From contig NC_052147.1 in the NCBI RefSeq assembly GCF_902713615.1, positions 125,060,435 to 125,124,434 of the forward strand: a stretch of 64,000 nt of DNA, read 5' to 3'. The notes under the pieces were generated by a model, which was given only the letters and a program-made list of their open reading frames with translations, was not told the DNA's origin and ran no database searches. A program made the position numbers and the translations under genes. Below are positions 12,690-25,563 of the stretch, piece by piece. This DNA comes from Scyliorhinus canicula (taxonomy: Eukaryota). The first letter of the stretch is position 1. Each line of letters begins with the position of its first letter.

Positions 12690-12990
12690 CAGCTCTTTTT
12701 GAGTCAAAGTGTGTGGATTCAAGCCCGACTCTAGGACATCAGCATAATCTTGGTTAACATTCCAGAGCAGTACCTGGGGGAGTGCAGCATTGTCGCAGGT
12801 GCTATCTTTCAGATGAGATGTTAAACTGAGATCTCTCAAGTGCATAAGTCAAAGATCCCATGGTGTTATTTGAAGAAGAGCAGGGGTTTCTTTCAGTGTC
12901 CTGGACAACATATATTACTTAACCAACCCAACACAATCTTGTTGTTCACTTACCTCCCTGTCATAACACTGTAATCTTTGATGCATTAAA
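12690..12990 (+). mobile_element. Deu-domain SINE (SacSINE1/AmnSINE1-like), decayed
   Basis: B-box-like GGATTCAAGCCC followed by GATGAGATGTTAAAC...AAAGATCCCATGG...GAAGAAGAGCAGGGG...GTGTCCTGG, recognised from memory as the Deu core. Confidence 0.7.
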
Positions 12991-13473
12991 AAATGTTCAT
13001 TGGCTCAAAGCCAGGATGCAGACTTCTTGAACAGCAGAAGAACTCCACCTCTATGGACTGGAAGGGCTGGACCATCCTGCCACCCAGAATCCCAGCAAAC
13101 TCAAATCTCAGCATTGAGCGGAGGAGCTATCCTCTTTTTGAGGTGGGTGAAAGTTCTACTTTGAGCAAGGCCTTTTACAAGGACAGGGACATCTGAAACC
13201 TGACATTTTCAGGTTCCAGTTTAATTTGTAGGTTGTCTGGATAACTTGCCTCCACCATATTTTCTAGCCCAACCCATCATGCCAGTACTACTCCCTACTT
13301 ATGTTAATAAGGGAACCTCCTCCTGACCCAGCATGGAATCTGATGAAATCACTGAAGTCAGATCGAAGTGGGCATCCTTTTACTTATCCAGGAATATTAG
13401 GTCCATGGACTTGCAGCCTTGGTACGTTCTAGGTCTCTGCTTTACTTGTGGGCTCTAGATTTTAATTTACCCC

Positions 13474-13742
13474 TGTGGTGATATGCCTATGGACTATATC
13501 ATAGTTGGAAGGTGTGCAACCTCCGACCAGCAGGTGGCGGTACAGCCACACCATGCGGTCTCTAAACTGAGTTCATGTGACCTGTGACTCCAATATAAAG
13601 GGTGACACATCCGGCCATCTTCAGCAGAAGATTGAGAGGGTAATAAGACATACAAGTGAATGGTCACTGCTGGGTGCAAGTTCCAGAGGGGTAGTTAGCA
13701 GACTCCATGACACGTGCTCTGTATCAGAATGCTATCTTAACA
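13474..13742 (+). repeat. Possible solo LTR
   Basis: Starts TGTGGTGATATG like the LTR at 59070-59545 and has TATAAA at ~13595. Right end and TSD not confirmed. Confidence 0.4.
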
Positions 13743-14147
13743 CTCAAAGATTTTGGTGTGGACAAGTTGAAGTGTTTGGTGGATTCCTTCATAAAGTACA
13801 AAGGACCAAACACAACAACTCCCATTAATTGAATTTAACATTTCAGAATCTGAAACTGAATCCAAATCTAAAAGAAATCTAAATCGATACTTTGAATGCA
13901 AGTACAGGAGATGTAATGCCTGCTCCATTACCTCCTTTCCCTATCAGGTCCCCAAACACCCTTACCAGATGAATCAACGATTTACTTGTACGTTTTACAA
14001 CTGAGTGCACCATAATTGCTGCTCATTTTGCTGTCGCATCCATATCAAGGTGGCCAAACTGACACCTCTGTTCAGTTCGCCAGTGTGTGTCTGAGCTTCT
14101 GGTTATCTGTTATTTTAATTCTCTCCACCACACCCATCTGTCCTCTG

Positions 14148-15372
14148 GTAGGTTAGACCAGGGAAACCCAGTGGATGTGGTCTATCTGGATTTCCAAAAG
14201 GCCTTTGATAAGGTGCCACACAGAAGGCTGCTGAGTAAGGTGAGGGCCCATGGTGTTCGAGGTGAGCTACTGGCATGGGTTGAGGATTGGCTGTCTGACA
14301 GAAGGCAGAGAGTTGGGATAAAAGGTTCTTTTTCGGAATGGCAGCCGGTGACCAGCGGTGTCCCACAGGGTTCAGTGTTGGGGCCACAGCTGTTCACCAT
14401 ATATATTAATGATCTGGATGAAGGGACTGGGGGCATTCTAGCGAAGTTTGCCGATGATACGAAGTTAGGTGGTCAGGCAGGTAGTGCTGAAGAAGTGGGG
14501 AGGCTGCAGAAGGATCTAGACAGTTTGGGAGAGTGGTGCAGGAAATGGCTGATGCAATTCAACGTGAGAAAATGTGAGGTCTTGCACTTTGGAAAAAAGA
14601 ATCCAAGCATAGACTATTTTCTAAACGGTGAGAAAATTCATAATGCCAAAGTACAAAGGGATCTGGGAGTGCTAGTCGAGGATTCCCTAAAGGTAAACAT
14701 GCAGGTTGAATCTGTGATTAAGAAAGCGAATGCAATGTTGTCATTTATCTCAAGAGGGTTGGAATATAAAAGCAGCGATGTGCTACTGAGCCTTTATAAG
14801 GCTCTGGTTAGGCCCCATTTGGAGTACTGTGTCCAGTTTTGGGCCCCACATCTCAGGAAGGACATACTGGCACTGGAGCGTGTCCAGCGGAGATTCACAC
14901 GGATGATCCCTGGAATGGCGGGTCTAACATATGATGAACGGCTGAGGATCCTGGGATTGTATTCATTGGAGTTTAGAAGGTTAAGGGGAGATCTAATAGA
15001 AACTTACAAGATAATACATGGCTTAGAAAGGGTGAACGCAAAGAAACTGTTTCCGTTAGGCGAGGAGACAAGGACCCGTGGGCACAGCCTTAGAATTAGA
15101 GGGGGTAAATTCAGAACAGAAATGCGGAGACATTTCTTCAGCCAGAGAGTGGTGGGCCTGTGGAATTCATTGCCGCGGAGTGCAGTGGAGGCCGGGACGC
15201 TAAATGGCTTCAAGGCAGAGATAGATAAATTCTTGATGTCGCGAGGAATTAAGGGCTACGGGGAGAATGCTGGTAGGTGGAGTTGAAATGCCCATCAGCC
15301 ATGATTGAATGGCGGAGTGGACTCGATGGGCCGAATGGCCTTACTTCCACTCCTATGTCTTATGGTCTTATG
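14148..15372 (+). mobile_element. Young 5'-truncated CR1 LINE with open RT reading frame
   Basis: Uninterrupted frame VYLDFQKAFDKVPH...GVPQGSVLGP...KFADDTK...RPHLEYC...FFSQRVVGLWNSLP to the stop at 15286; 3' UTR ends in repeated TCTTATGG. The ORF start at 14087 lies in flanking sequence. Confidence 0.95.
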
Positions 15373-15585
15373 GTTACACTGAAGCTAAACAGAGACCCGA
15401 GAAACATCACCTCATCTTTCGATTTGACGCTTTTTGGACTCAATGCTGTATTCAACAATTTCCAAACATAACTTCCTATTTTCCAGGTGCTGGAATTTTC
15501 TTTACATGAATCACCTGCTTTTGCCTGGCACAATCATTCTTTTTGTTATTTAATCACTCCTCCCTTCCATCCTATCACAGGCCTT

Positions 15586-15755
15586 GGGCTGGATTCTCTG
15601 CTGGCGGGATACTCCGTTATACCAGAAGCCCGCGGGTTTCCCAACGGCTTGGGGCTGCCCCACAATGGGAAACCCCATTGACCAGCCGGCGTAACGGAGC
15701 ATCCCGCCGGCAGGGTGAAACAGAAATGTGGCGCAGCGGGAGGAGAATCCAGACC
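15586..15755. mobile_element. Short Harbinger-type MITE (170 bp)
   Basis: TIR GGGCTGGATTCTC / GAGAATCCAGACC; TSD CTT. Confidence 0.85.
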
Positions 15756-17934
15756 CTTTTCTCTTGTTCTTTGCTGACATTCCCCTTTTCTCCCATCATA
15801 TGTTATTAAAATCTGCTCCGTCTCTCATGTTCTCTAATTAAAGTCTTTGACCTGGAACTTTAACACTCTTGCCCTCTCCACAGCATTTGACTATTTCCAG
15901 CATTTTCCTTTTATATTTCAGATTTCCAGCATGCACAGTATTTTGTTTCTATGAATGCACCTTCCTGTTTGACTAACAGTGCTGCAGCTTTTTAAAGATT
16001 CCTGAACAGCATCTTCCCGACACTATAACAGTGCCTAGACTTCAAAGGTATTTCATTGACTGTAAAGTGCTTTGGAGCATCTGGAGGTGCTATATGAATT
16101 CAAGTTGCTGCTTTCTTTTTATTAACAGACAAGTAAAGAAACTAGAAAGGAAGGGACGGAGTTAGGAATAGTGAGAAAAGCTGGGTGGTCAGAAACAGGA
16201 GCTAATGCTACATTTACGCCAACAATTCTGATGCTTTTCATCCATTGAGTACTCTGACAAATTGCTTTTCCAGCAAAAATAAACTTAAAAGAACTAAACC
16301 TAGATCCGACTCCTGAATGGTCTCTTATGAACTATATACCATATACGTCATCCGTTGTCTATCTTTATGTATTTTCAATATGTATCCTCCTGTACATATC
16401 GCATGTTCTATGTTTTCATGCATGGAGCAATCTGCCTGGACTATACGCAGAATAATACTTTTCATGGTACCTCGGTACACGTGACCAACCGCATAATTCC
16501 TTGACCCCTCTCAAGTCACACTGACAGGAGCACAGTTGAAGAATTCACACTTCTTCACCGAGCGTGGAATCAGCTCCATCATCCCATATCTATGGGGAAG
16601 AAAAAAAACTGATAAAAACCAAATCGCATGCACAAAACCAGCTTTTGCTGACAGTTTGCTGCAAGAAAAGACAGCCCAGTGAAATAAATAAAAACTGAAC
16701 ATGTTGGGAAGTTAACAGGAGGTTAAACCATCTGGAAACAGAAAACACATGTGTGTATTGTATACCCATCACTGGAGCCAGAAGAGCAGTTAAAAAGCAG
16801 AGAGAACTGCATTGTTTTTGTATTGTGAGAAGATAAAGGGATTGTTCCATTGGAAGAGAAAGCAACCTTCGATTCACAGTTATGACATTGATCAAATATA
16901 TTGTCGGGCTCTGCCAAGAATCCAGACAGAATGTTACATCCAAACTCTGAAAGCTATCCTCATCAATCGCCTCCACCTGATATTTCTATTTTCTGCATTG
17001 TCTCTTTGTGACCTGTCCGGAAAAAATTACCAAATTAGCAGTGAGTCATTCCCAAGTCCAAGGACAATTACCTGCTGTAGATTCACATCCACTGGGAACT
17101 GAAGTGAGCTTCCCCGACTCATTTCAATTAGGCCCCTTGACAGCTGTCAGGAAGAAGAAACTATCATTTCTTCTATCCGAACTGATTTGAAACCCAGGTC
17201 CCGGGGTGAAATGACAGTGTTCAAACAGCTGCAATTCCCTTCACTCTGCCGTACAACAGGAATCTGAGCTGTGGCAACAGCATGACAGGCAGTACAACCA
17301 GTCTGCTATTTATTTTCAATATTTTCTTTCCATATCAAATCTCAGCAAGGCAGTTCTTCCATTTGGCTTCAACCCCAGAAATGATCTCAACTTGGTCTTT
17401 CTATTGTGGAGAGAGCTAATTGGTCCCAACCACCCACTTCTCGAATGCAATCAGTCCCTTTGTAGCAGAGGCCACACATTTCACCCACAATCAGCAATCA
17501 TCTAGATGGAGACCTAAGCATTTGGAGGATTGACTCCTTGATTTACACCCGTGATTATTAGCCCTCACTCTTCACACAGAAGAATTCATGCAAGTGAAAC
17601 AGGCAAAGTTTTTGAATGAATGGCCCCTACCACTTTGCCAATTGAAATGGCGGGACCATCAGATCTAGGAGTTCATTCAGGAATTCAGCCCAAGTGACCT
17701 CTCCAGATGCTATACTGCTACTACATCCCTCAATCGTGGTGAGATCAGCATTCATGGCTATTGAGGAAAGAAATTCCTGGTCAATATATGTATTTGAACA
17801 TATATATCATTTCCAGCTCAGAAAATTATACACGAAAATAAAATAAAGAATATTAAACTGAACAGGAAAAAGCATATAATTCAGCAAATATCTAACCTGA
17901 AAACAATGGAAAACACCTCTATTGGAAAGACATT

Positions 17935-20017
17935 GGGCTGGATTTTCCATTTGGGAGACCTGCCAGAGCTGAATTGCACCAGTTTTACGATCCTCTTGCA
18001 GTCGCATGCAAAATGCAAATTTATGCACAGCTTGGATTCTCAGGGGAATCCCGCTGTCGAGCTGTCATCTTGATTTGAGTGACCCGATAGCGAGGTCCCA
18101 TGGCTTGCCACCTTCCTCCCCCCTCCAAACCGCAAATCTGCCATGAGCCCCGCCCCCCCCACCCCCAAAGCACAACAGCCCCCTACTCCCGAATTGCCTG
18201 GCTCCTCCCCCAACCCCCATGTATGGGGGTAACCTGACCCCCCCTCCCCCACAAGGACCCCTGTAAGAGGGGGACTCCCAGGGACCCCTGTAATGAGGGA
18301 CCCCCCGCAAGGACCCTTTGGCAAAAGAAACCCCCACTGAGTCCCCCACACATGACCCCACCCCTAAAAAAAGCGACACCCGCCTGGAAGCTAGAGAGCA
18401 GTCCAGACAAAGAGATAGAGTACATAGAACAGTACAGCACAGAACAGGCCCTTCGGCCCTCAATGTTGTGCCGAGCCATGATCACCCTACTCAAACCCAC
18501 GTATCCACCCTATACCTGTAACCCAACAACCCCCCCTTAACCTTATTTTTATTAGGACACTACGGGCAATTTAGCATGGCCAATCCACCTAACCCGCACA
18601 TCTTTGGACTGTGGGAGGAAACCAGAGCACCCGGAGGAAACCCACGCACACAGGGGGAGGACGTGCAGACTCCACACAGACAGTGACCCAGCCGGGAATC
18701 GAACCTGGGACCCTGGAGCTGTGAAGCATTTATGCTAACCACCATGCTACCCTGCTGCCCCAAATATTTGCATTCCAAGCACAAGTGCATTCCATTGGAT
18801 TGCACTTAACTCTCTTTGATGTGGTCAATGTTTACAAACATTGGGGTTTCACCACTTCGGCCACTGAGCCTTGAAGGGAGATGAATGGATCAAAGCTGTA
18901 GATGGCTTGTAGAAGATGTAAACCACAGACCACTACTAGAAAGCTATGTTTACAGCTAATGGATAATGGATCTGTGGGAACCAAAGACTGCTCTCCTTCC
19001 AGGAATTGACATGTGGCGCTACAAGATAAGTGTTACAGCTATAATTCCTCTCACTACCTCTGTCTGGACTGTTCTCTAGCTTCCAGACAGTGTGATCTTT
19101 TCTGGCGGGGGGGGGGGGGGGGGGGGGGGTCAGGGTGGGGGAGGATCTGTTTGGGGGGTTCCTTTAAGCAGGAGGTTCCTGAAGGGGACACCAATTACCA
19201 AGATCCCTGTGGGGAATCCCCCTATTACCAGAGCCCCTGTGGGGGGTCCCCCTAATACTTAGATCTCTATGGGGGGGGATCTCCCTATTGCTGGAGTCCG
19301 TGTGGGGGGATCTCCCTATTACAGGGCTATCTGTGGGGTGCCCCCCCCTATTTCAGGAGTCTGTGGGGGGAGTCCCATTATTACAGGAGTCCCTGTGGGG
19401 AGGTATCCCCATTATGGGTCCCTGGGCAGGGGTCTCTCCATTCCAGGGGTTCTGCAGGGGGGGGGGGAGGGGGGGAGGGGGGGGTGGCCTGCCCATTACA
19501 GGGGTCCTGGGAGGTTTGCCACATTACAGGGGTCCCGGGGGTGGGGGATCTCCCTATTAAAGGGTCCCTTTGGGGGGGCATGGAGAGGGGAGTCTGGTAG
19601 AGATGGGGTGGGCAGGCTGTGTATTGTTGGGGGGATTGGCCCTTGGTTGGGCTCAGTTGGTCTCTACTAGTGTGGCACTGGAGTGGTGGACCTCATGGTG
19701 GGTAAGGGTGCAACTCCCCAAGGAGTCCACTATGCCAGGGCCACGCTGGTAGAGACCACAAGTGGTCTACCTCCATGTGATTCCCAGCCATGGGAAGCGG
19801 AGAGTCATGAAGGTACAGAGCATAGGGAGCCGGGCTCGCTAAATGGATGTAAATAGGTCTGAATGGACCTCGATCCTGTGGACAGAGAGGGCTCGGAGCA
19901 TTGCGATTGGGTCAGCACCCGGTGTTGATCGCGATTTTGTCCCAATGCCTGATGCTCCGTCCCGTCTGTCCCATTGGGGAACGCGATCTGGGGGTCCCTG
20001 GATGGAGAATCCCACCT
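17935..20017. mobile_element. Long non-autonomous Harbinger-like element with internal inverted C-rich/G-rich arrays
   Basis: Termini GGGCTGGATTTTCC and GGAGAATCCCACC; inverted internal segments ~18385-18410 and ~19061-19089; related sequence at 47110-47900. TSD not resolved. Confidence 0.55.
18425..18760 (-). mobile_element. HE1/V-SINE-like tRNA-derived SINE with CR1-type tail
   Basis: Reverse complement of GGGCAGCAGGGTAGCATGGTGGTTAGC...GGTTCGATTCC...GTGTGGAGTCTGCAC. Confidence 0.88.
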
Positions 20018-20019
20018 AA

Positions 20020-20810
20020 AAGGTTTTAAGAAATTGGAAGTGGGCAGAAGGAAAATCACAGAAGGAGAGGTCTGGATAAGACACGAGGGATTAAGAAGAC
20101 CATAAGACATATGAACAGAATTAGGCCATTTGGCCCACTGAGCCTGTTTCACCATTGAATCATGGCTGATACATTTCTCATCCCAATTCTCCTGCCTTCT
20201 CCCCATAACCCTTGATCCCCCTATTAATCAATATGATATGATGAAAGTAATTATATTGCAAGGGAAAAGGAGATGGGAATGGGAAAAGAAAAGAAACAGA
20301 ATATGGGACCAGAGGATACGGAAGTGGGAAAAGCAGAATCATCAACAATAGCTGCTGTCCAAAAACAACATCAAAACACAAAACTAGAAAAAATAAATGG
20401 GGACAGAAGTCATGATCTGAAGTTGTTGAACTCAATGTTGAATTTAGAAAATGCCTGATTGGAAGATGAGGTGCAGTTCCTTGAGTTTATATCGCGCTTC
20501 ATTGTAGCAGTGTAAGAAGCCAAGGACAGAGAGGTTAGAGTGGGTGTGGGACAGAGAATTAAAATGACTGATGACTGGAAACTCGAGGTTATGTTTGCAG
20601 ATTGAAAGTTGTTCTGCAAAGTGGTCACCCAGTCTGTGTTTAGTTTTCCCAAGCAGAGGAGTGAATGCAACATACTAAATTGAAAGGTCTTGACCTGAAA
20701 CATTGCCTGTATTTCTCCCTCCGCAGATTCTGCCACAGGTTCTGAGTATTTCAGGTAATTTCACTCTTTGTTTCAGTTTTCCAGCATCTGCAGTATTTTG
20801 CCTTTGTATT
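20020..20810. mobile_element. Penelope-like remnant containing a CR1 3'-end fragment (20095-20230, minus strand)
   Basis: Minus-strand similarity to the fragments at 30850-31100 and 15373-15480; CR1 tail CATAAGACATA. Confidence 0.5.
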
Positions 20811-21484
20811 CGGAACTGCTTGGCATACCAATGGTGTGCACAGTGTTAACTCTAATGGACACATAACCTTCATTTTAATCTGCAGTCAGTTGGTGTGTTG
20901 GGAAGCTGCAGCTATCGTATGCCATGATTGTAGAAGACAGCCTTGCCCACCCTGTATCACCCTGCAACTTGTTTTGTAGGGCTACCCAGTTCCTGGACTG
21001 CATTCAAATAAAGACATTTACTTGCTCGGGTGACCGAGATGCCATTTGTCTTACCAGTCTCGGTGTCAACACAATTGGTTACATGTGGCGGATGGTTAAA
21101 ATCAAGATGCCAAGTAACCAAGTAAACTGCCTCTCCTAATTGTTAGCAGGATAGGTCCAGAATCTCATCTCAAAGGTGATTGCATTCTTGGTGTGAATGA
21201 TTGATTAAAACTGTTTGAAGATCTGACTCTCAGAAATAAGCACGGCCTTTTCTATATTAAGTACATAGTAAGTGCTTACTGAGATGCCCAAAATAGTCAG
21301 CAAGCTTAATATGTTATAAGCAACGCCTTTGCAATTGACTCTTTTGTAAATGGTTAGCACCATTTGCTCAATTTAGGTGGCTGCCCAGGATATTAATAGA
21401 CAATGGAAGTGGTGGGAATTGTATTGATAGTTGCAATGGAGTTGAAGATTGAGAGAGATCTTTGTAGGTAGCAGTACCATATTA

Positions 21485-21918
21485 AGGAGGGCAGGACATC
21501 TAATTTGTATGCCTGACAAGATTTCTGGAACTACTCTCCTTGGAACTCAGTTACAACATGATACACTTGGAGGACAATGGAAACACTTTAGGGATGTCGT
21601 CAAAGCATCCCTGAAGAGATCAAAAATGGGAGTCCCTGGTCTTGTGACTAACCAGAATGTGGAAGGCTCATTTGGGAAGGCACGGACCACATGGAGGGTC
21701 TTTGTTGGGAGTGTGCAGAGACAAATCTGAGGTGTCAGAGGGAGCGCACAAACCTCTAACCAACTCATCTACCTAACCCTACAAACACCACCTGTCCCAA
21801 ATGTGTCAGAGTCTGTAGATCACCCATCAGACTGATCAGCCATCTCAGAGCACATCAAATCAGAGTGGAAGCAAGTCATCCTCAATCTTGAGGATCTGTC
21901 AATGAAGAAGGATGATGT
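21485..21918 (+). mobile_element. RTE-clade LINE 3' fragment
   Basis: RAGHLICMPD...GGQWKHFRDVVKASLK; C-terminal CPKCVRVC...HLRAH; tail GAAGAAGGATGATG. Confidence 0.8.
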
Positions 21919-22952
21919 AGATAGTAAATTCAATAGCTCTTATACTTGCGGGAATCCTGAATTTTGAACAGCTCTTTGTTGTCCAGGGGAAGGAGATAAA
22001 TTATACAAAGAATGTACTTTTGATTAGCTTCACACTGCTGATTGCACAAGCTGTTCAGTGTCAACTGAGCCTGGATAGATGCTGCTGATAATCACAATGT
22101 TCCCAGTGATGGCTTCAAATGAGCTGGATGTGTAGATGTTCAGAGAAACTCAACCTTTTATCTGCTAGGCTGTCGCTGTTGTGGAACTTGGTTGCAGGCG
22201 TGCTTGCAGCTTGCACCATTCCCTTGGGAAATTAAAGCCTCCTCAGATGCTGTTCGTCGGTCAGTGGAGATATTACACCCTAGTCCATATCATCTGGTGT
22301 GGAGTACTGTTTGGTGAGTGTAAAATCCCTCATTGGTAGTAACAGGCTAACAAATCAAAAACAAGGAAATAAGCTTTGCCTAGCAATGTTATAATATTAT
22401 TTCTCTATGGACCACAGTACATACCAGTTTATCTGGACAGGCCAAATGGGTAGCATGCATCGGTGGAAGTGACAGAAAGTCATGTGCATGATGGCATCAT
22501 ATCACTCTGCAGTAATTTGCAAGCTACATACTGATGTACTGAATTACATTCTGACAGTTTGGTTAGATTCCAGCTGTTTTCTAAGTGGGACTACTTATTT
22601 GTTCTCTTGATTCTGTGGAATGGCTTCACTGGTCACTCCTTATGGAATTAAGGGTGATGGAGGAGTCTGGACACTCATCCCCTCTCCACCAAATGAGAGA
22701 AAGAGATAAGAAAGTCAAAAGATTTAAAAAGAAAGTGAAGAACAAATAAAATTCAAATAGTTTAAAATGATATCTAAATTGAAGGTAATCCTTTAAACAT
22801 TTATAGAAGTGAGAATAATTATGTAACATATTAGATTCAAGCAATAGGCTCAAGTTGCAACTTCTGTTTTTGTTTGTTTACTGTGGAAAAGACGCCACAT
22901 GCAAGAAATAATTAGTCAGCCTAATTAAGGTAGCAAACGAATTCAAGATCAC

Positions 22953-23550
22953 GGGCGTGATTCTCCGCAACGGCCGACGCCGGAGTGAAACCCGGAGTGT
23001 TTCACTCCGGCGTCGGAGGCCGCTCCTTGCCCCCTATTCTCCCCCCCCCCAACCCCCGGGGGGCTAGGAGCGGCGTTGCGAGAAACTCTACCGCCGGGCC
23101 TTGACGCTTGCGTGAAAGCGGCGCGCCGAGAATGACACGGCCGGCGGCGCCTAAGTGACGTCAGCCGTGCATGCGCAGGTTGGCCGGCTCCAACCCGCGC
23201 ATGCGTGGTTGCCGTCTTCCCCTCCGCTGCCCCGCAAGACGTGGCGGCTTGATCTTCCGGGGCGGCGGAGGGGAAAGAGTGCGTTTCTTAGAGACACCGC
23301 CCCGACGATCGGTGGGCACCGATTGCGGGCCAGTCCCCTTACGAGCACGCTCGTGGTGCTCGATCCTCTCTCCGCCCCCCACAGGCCCCACACTTACCTG
23401 TCGTGCGATGTTCACGCCGGCAGCGACCAGGTGTGGTTGGCGCCGGCGTGAACCCGTTGGGGTCGTCAGGCCGCTCGGCCCATCCGGGCCGGAGAATCGC
23501 CGGTCGCCATGAAAAACGTTGAGCGCCGATTTGCCGAGCGGCGTGTAGCA
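22953..23550. mobile_element. GC-rich Harbinger-type MITE, truncated, inverted relative to 4809-5489
   Basis: TIR GGGCGTGATTCTCCG; body is the reverse complement of the 4809-5489 element. Confidence 0.8.
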
Positions 23551-23701
23551 CCCATTGTACAATGTGCAGACTAAATTTAATAAGGTAAAAATAATGTCTA
23601 CATTATATACATGGATACATATGTACATACGAACAGAATAGTTAGGAGTAAGGGTAGGCCACTCAGCCACTCAAACCATTCTATCAGATCACAGCTGATC
23701 A

Positions 23702-23908
23702 GGGGCAGCACGATGGCGCAGTGGTTAGCATTGCTGTCTCACGGCGTCGAGGTCTCAGGTTTGATCCTGGCTCTGGGTCACTGTCCATGTGGAGTTTGCA
23801 CGGGGGGTGTTTGCGTGGGTTTCGCCCTCACAACCCAAAGATTGGCCACGCTAAATTGCCCCTTAATTGGAAAAAAATTAATTGGGTACTCTAAATTTAT
23901 TTTTAAAA
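23702..23908 (+). mobile_element. HE1/V-SINE-like SINE
   Basis: tRNA A/B-box head; TSD AGATCACAGCTGATC on both sides. Confidence 0.9.
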
Positions 23909-24469
23909 AGATCACAGCTGATCTGACTGTGGTCCCAACTCTACATTGCCTGACCCCAAATAATCTTCAACTGTCTTGTTAGCTGAGAATCTATCTACAT
24001 CTGCCTTAACCTATCTACCTCTGCTTCAAGACATATTAGTCTGGAATTCCCTGGGAAATTTCAGCTTAATAAAGGTAAAAGAGTAGAATTTCAGCACTTT
24101 CTTTTCTGAGCCAATAAGTAGACTGAAATATAACATACGTAGGAGTCAATCACACTATCAAAGGTATTCCCAATGGCCATTTAATATAGGAAGAAATATG
24201 TTGGCAAATCTATGAAATTAATAAAATATATAGAATAATAAAGCTGTATCTTGTAATCAGAAATGAAATATAATAAATAAGAGAAGTAAATGTAGGGAAA
24301 TGTCTAAGTAATAGTGATCATAACATAAAGTTTAAAATAATGATTTAGAAAGATAAGTAAATATATTGATAAAGGTCCATTTTGAGAGAATGAGAAAGAA
24401 ACTAAGTGATGCTAAACTGGGGAAAAAGTGACAAAGAGAAATATTTTAATAGGTGTGCAATTTAAAAAA

Positions 24470-24820
24470 TTATTTTATGGGATGTGGGTGTCACTGGAAG
24501 GCCAGCAATGTTTGTCCATCCCGAAAAGCCTTTGAGCTGTGTGGCTTTTTAGAAGTTAGTTCAGAGTCAACCTGGGCCTCTGGAGTCACATGTAGGCCAG
24601 ACCAGGCAATGATGGTTTCCATGCCGATTTCCCTCCCGAAGGGAACCAAGTGGATTTTGTGCAATAATCAGCAATAGTTTCATGCTCACTATCACTGAGA
24701 CTAGCTTTCAATTCCAGATTGTTTTACTTAATTGAATTTGAACTCCATCAACTGCCACACCCTGTACTATTAAGCTGGGCTTTTGAATTACCAGCCCAGT
24801 GACATTCCCACTACACCACT
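24470..24820 (-). mobile_element. tRNA-derived SINE with L2-like tail
   Basis: Minus-strand head TGGTGTAGTGG...; 3' end TGCTGGCCTTCCAGTGACACCCACATCC resembles the LINE tail at ~11540-11570. Confidence 0.6.
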
Positions 24821-25563
24821 GTCTTGCTTCATAATTATATTGATATAAAAAATAATTTGAAGAGGGAATAATACAACCTCTAGACCTCCAGTCCCTGTGG
24901 GGGAAGGGGAGGTCCCCCTATTACAGAGGTCACTGTGCAGGGGTGGGTGGTTCGGGCTATATGTATCTCATGTATATTTTAAAAAGGGGCAGCACAAGTC
25001 CGTGTAACTATAGACCATGAGTACTGTTGAAAGAAAGAGACTTTTTCTTGAAGCTTTTTACCTTGCACTCATCAGGACAGTTTTCAAGAACACCAATGTC
25101 AGGGGAAACAGCAACTTTATACTATAGTGTTGAATGTTTGGGAAGTGGACTCTGATTGGTAGAGAATGCACAAGTTGATGGTGACTGATAGTTAATTGCC
25201 AAGCATTGTTTCAAATTTAATCCAGGCAGTTTGACCCTGAGCAATGAGTCAGCGAATGGCTGTGACACATTTTATTTAGAGAAACAGGCACAACATATTC
25301 TTTCTTTCTGTCTGGAAGCGACAGACAGCCCCGGCCCTGTGTTTAACAGGTGGATATCCATTCACTGAATTAGGCAGTAGAAGACATTCTGATGATTCAC
25401 AACTGTTTCACTGTGATACTATAGTTCAGTACAAATACTAATTTCCATTTCCTTCTGGGTCCCCTCCTTGTCCAAAAACTTTCCCAACTGGGAAAAGCCC
25501 AGCTCTTATGGACAAGCTGCAATAAGCATCACACACTTTTGATTCACTCGGATGCAAGACCTG

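Larger units (their letters stand above)
13750..15960 (+). mobile_element. Penelope-like element 3' remnant, split by a CR1 and a MITE
   Basis: GIY-YIG-region sequence at 13900-14140 resumes at ~15373; typical tail GACCTGGAAC...TCCACAG...TTTCCAGCAT. Confidence 0.55.

Noticed and set aside
14087-15286. 399-aa ORF as a host gene
   Set aside because: It is CR1 ORF2, 5'-truncated; the start codon comes from unrelated flank.
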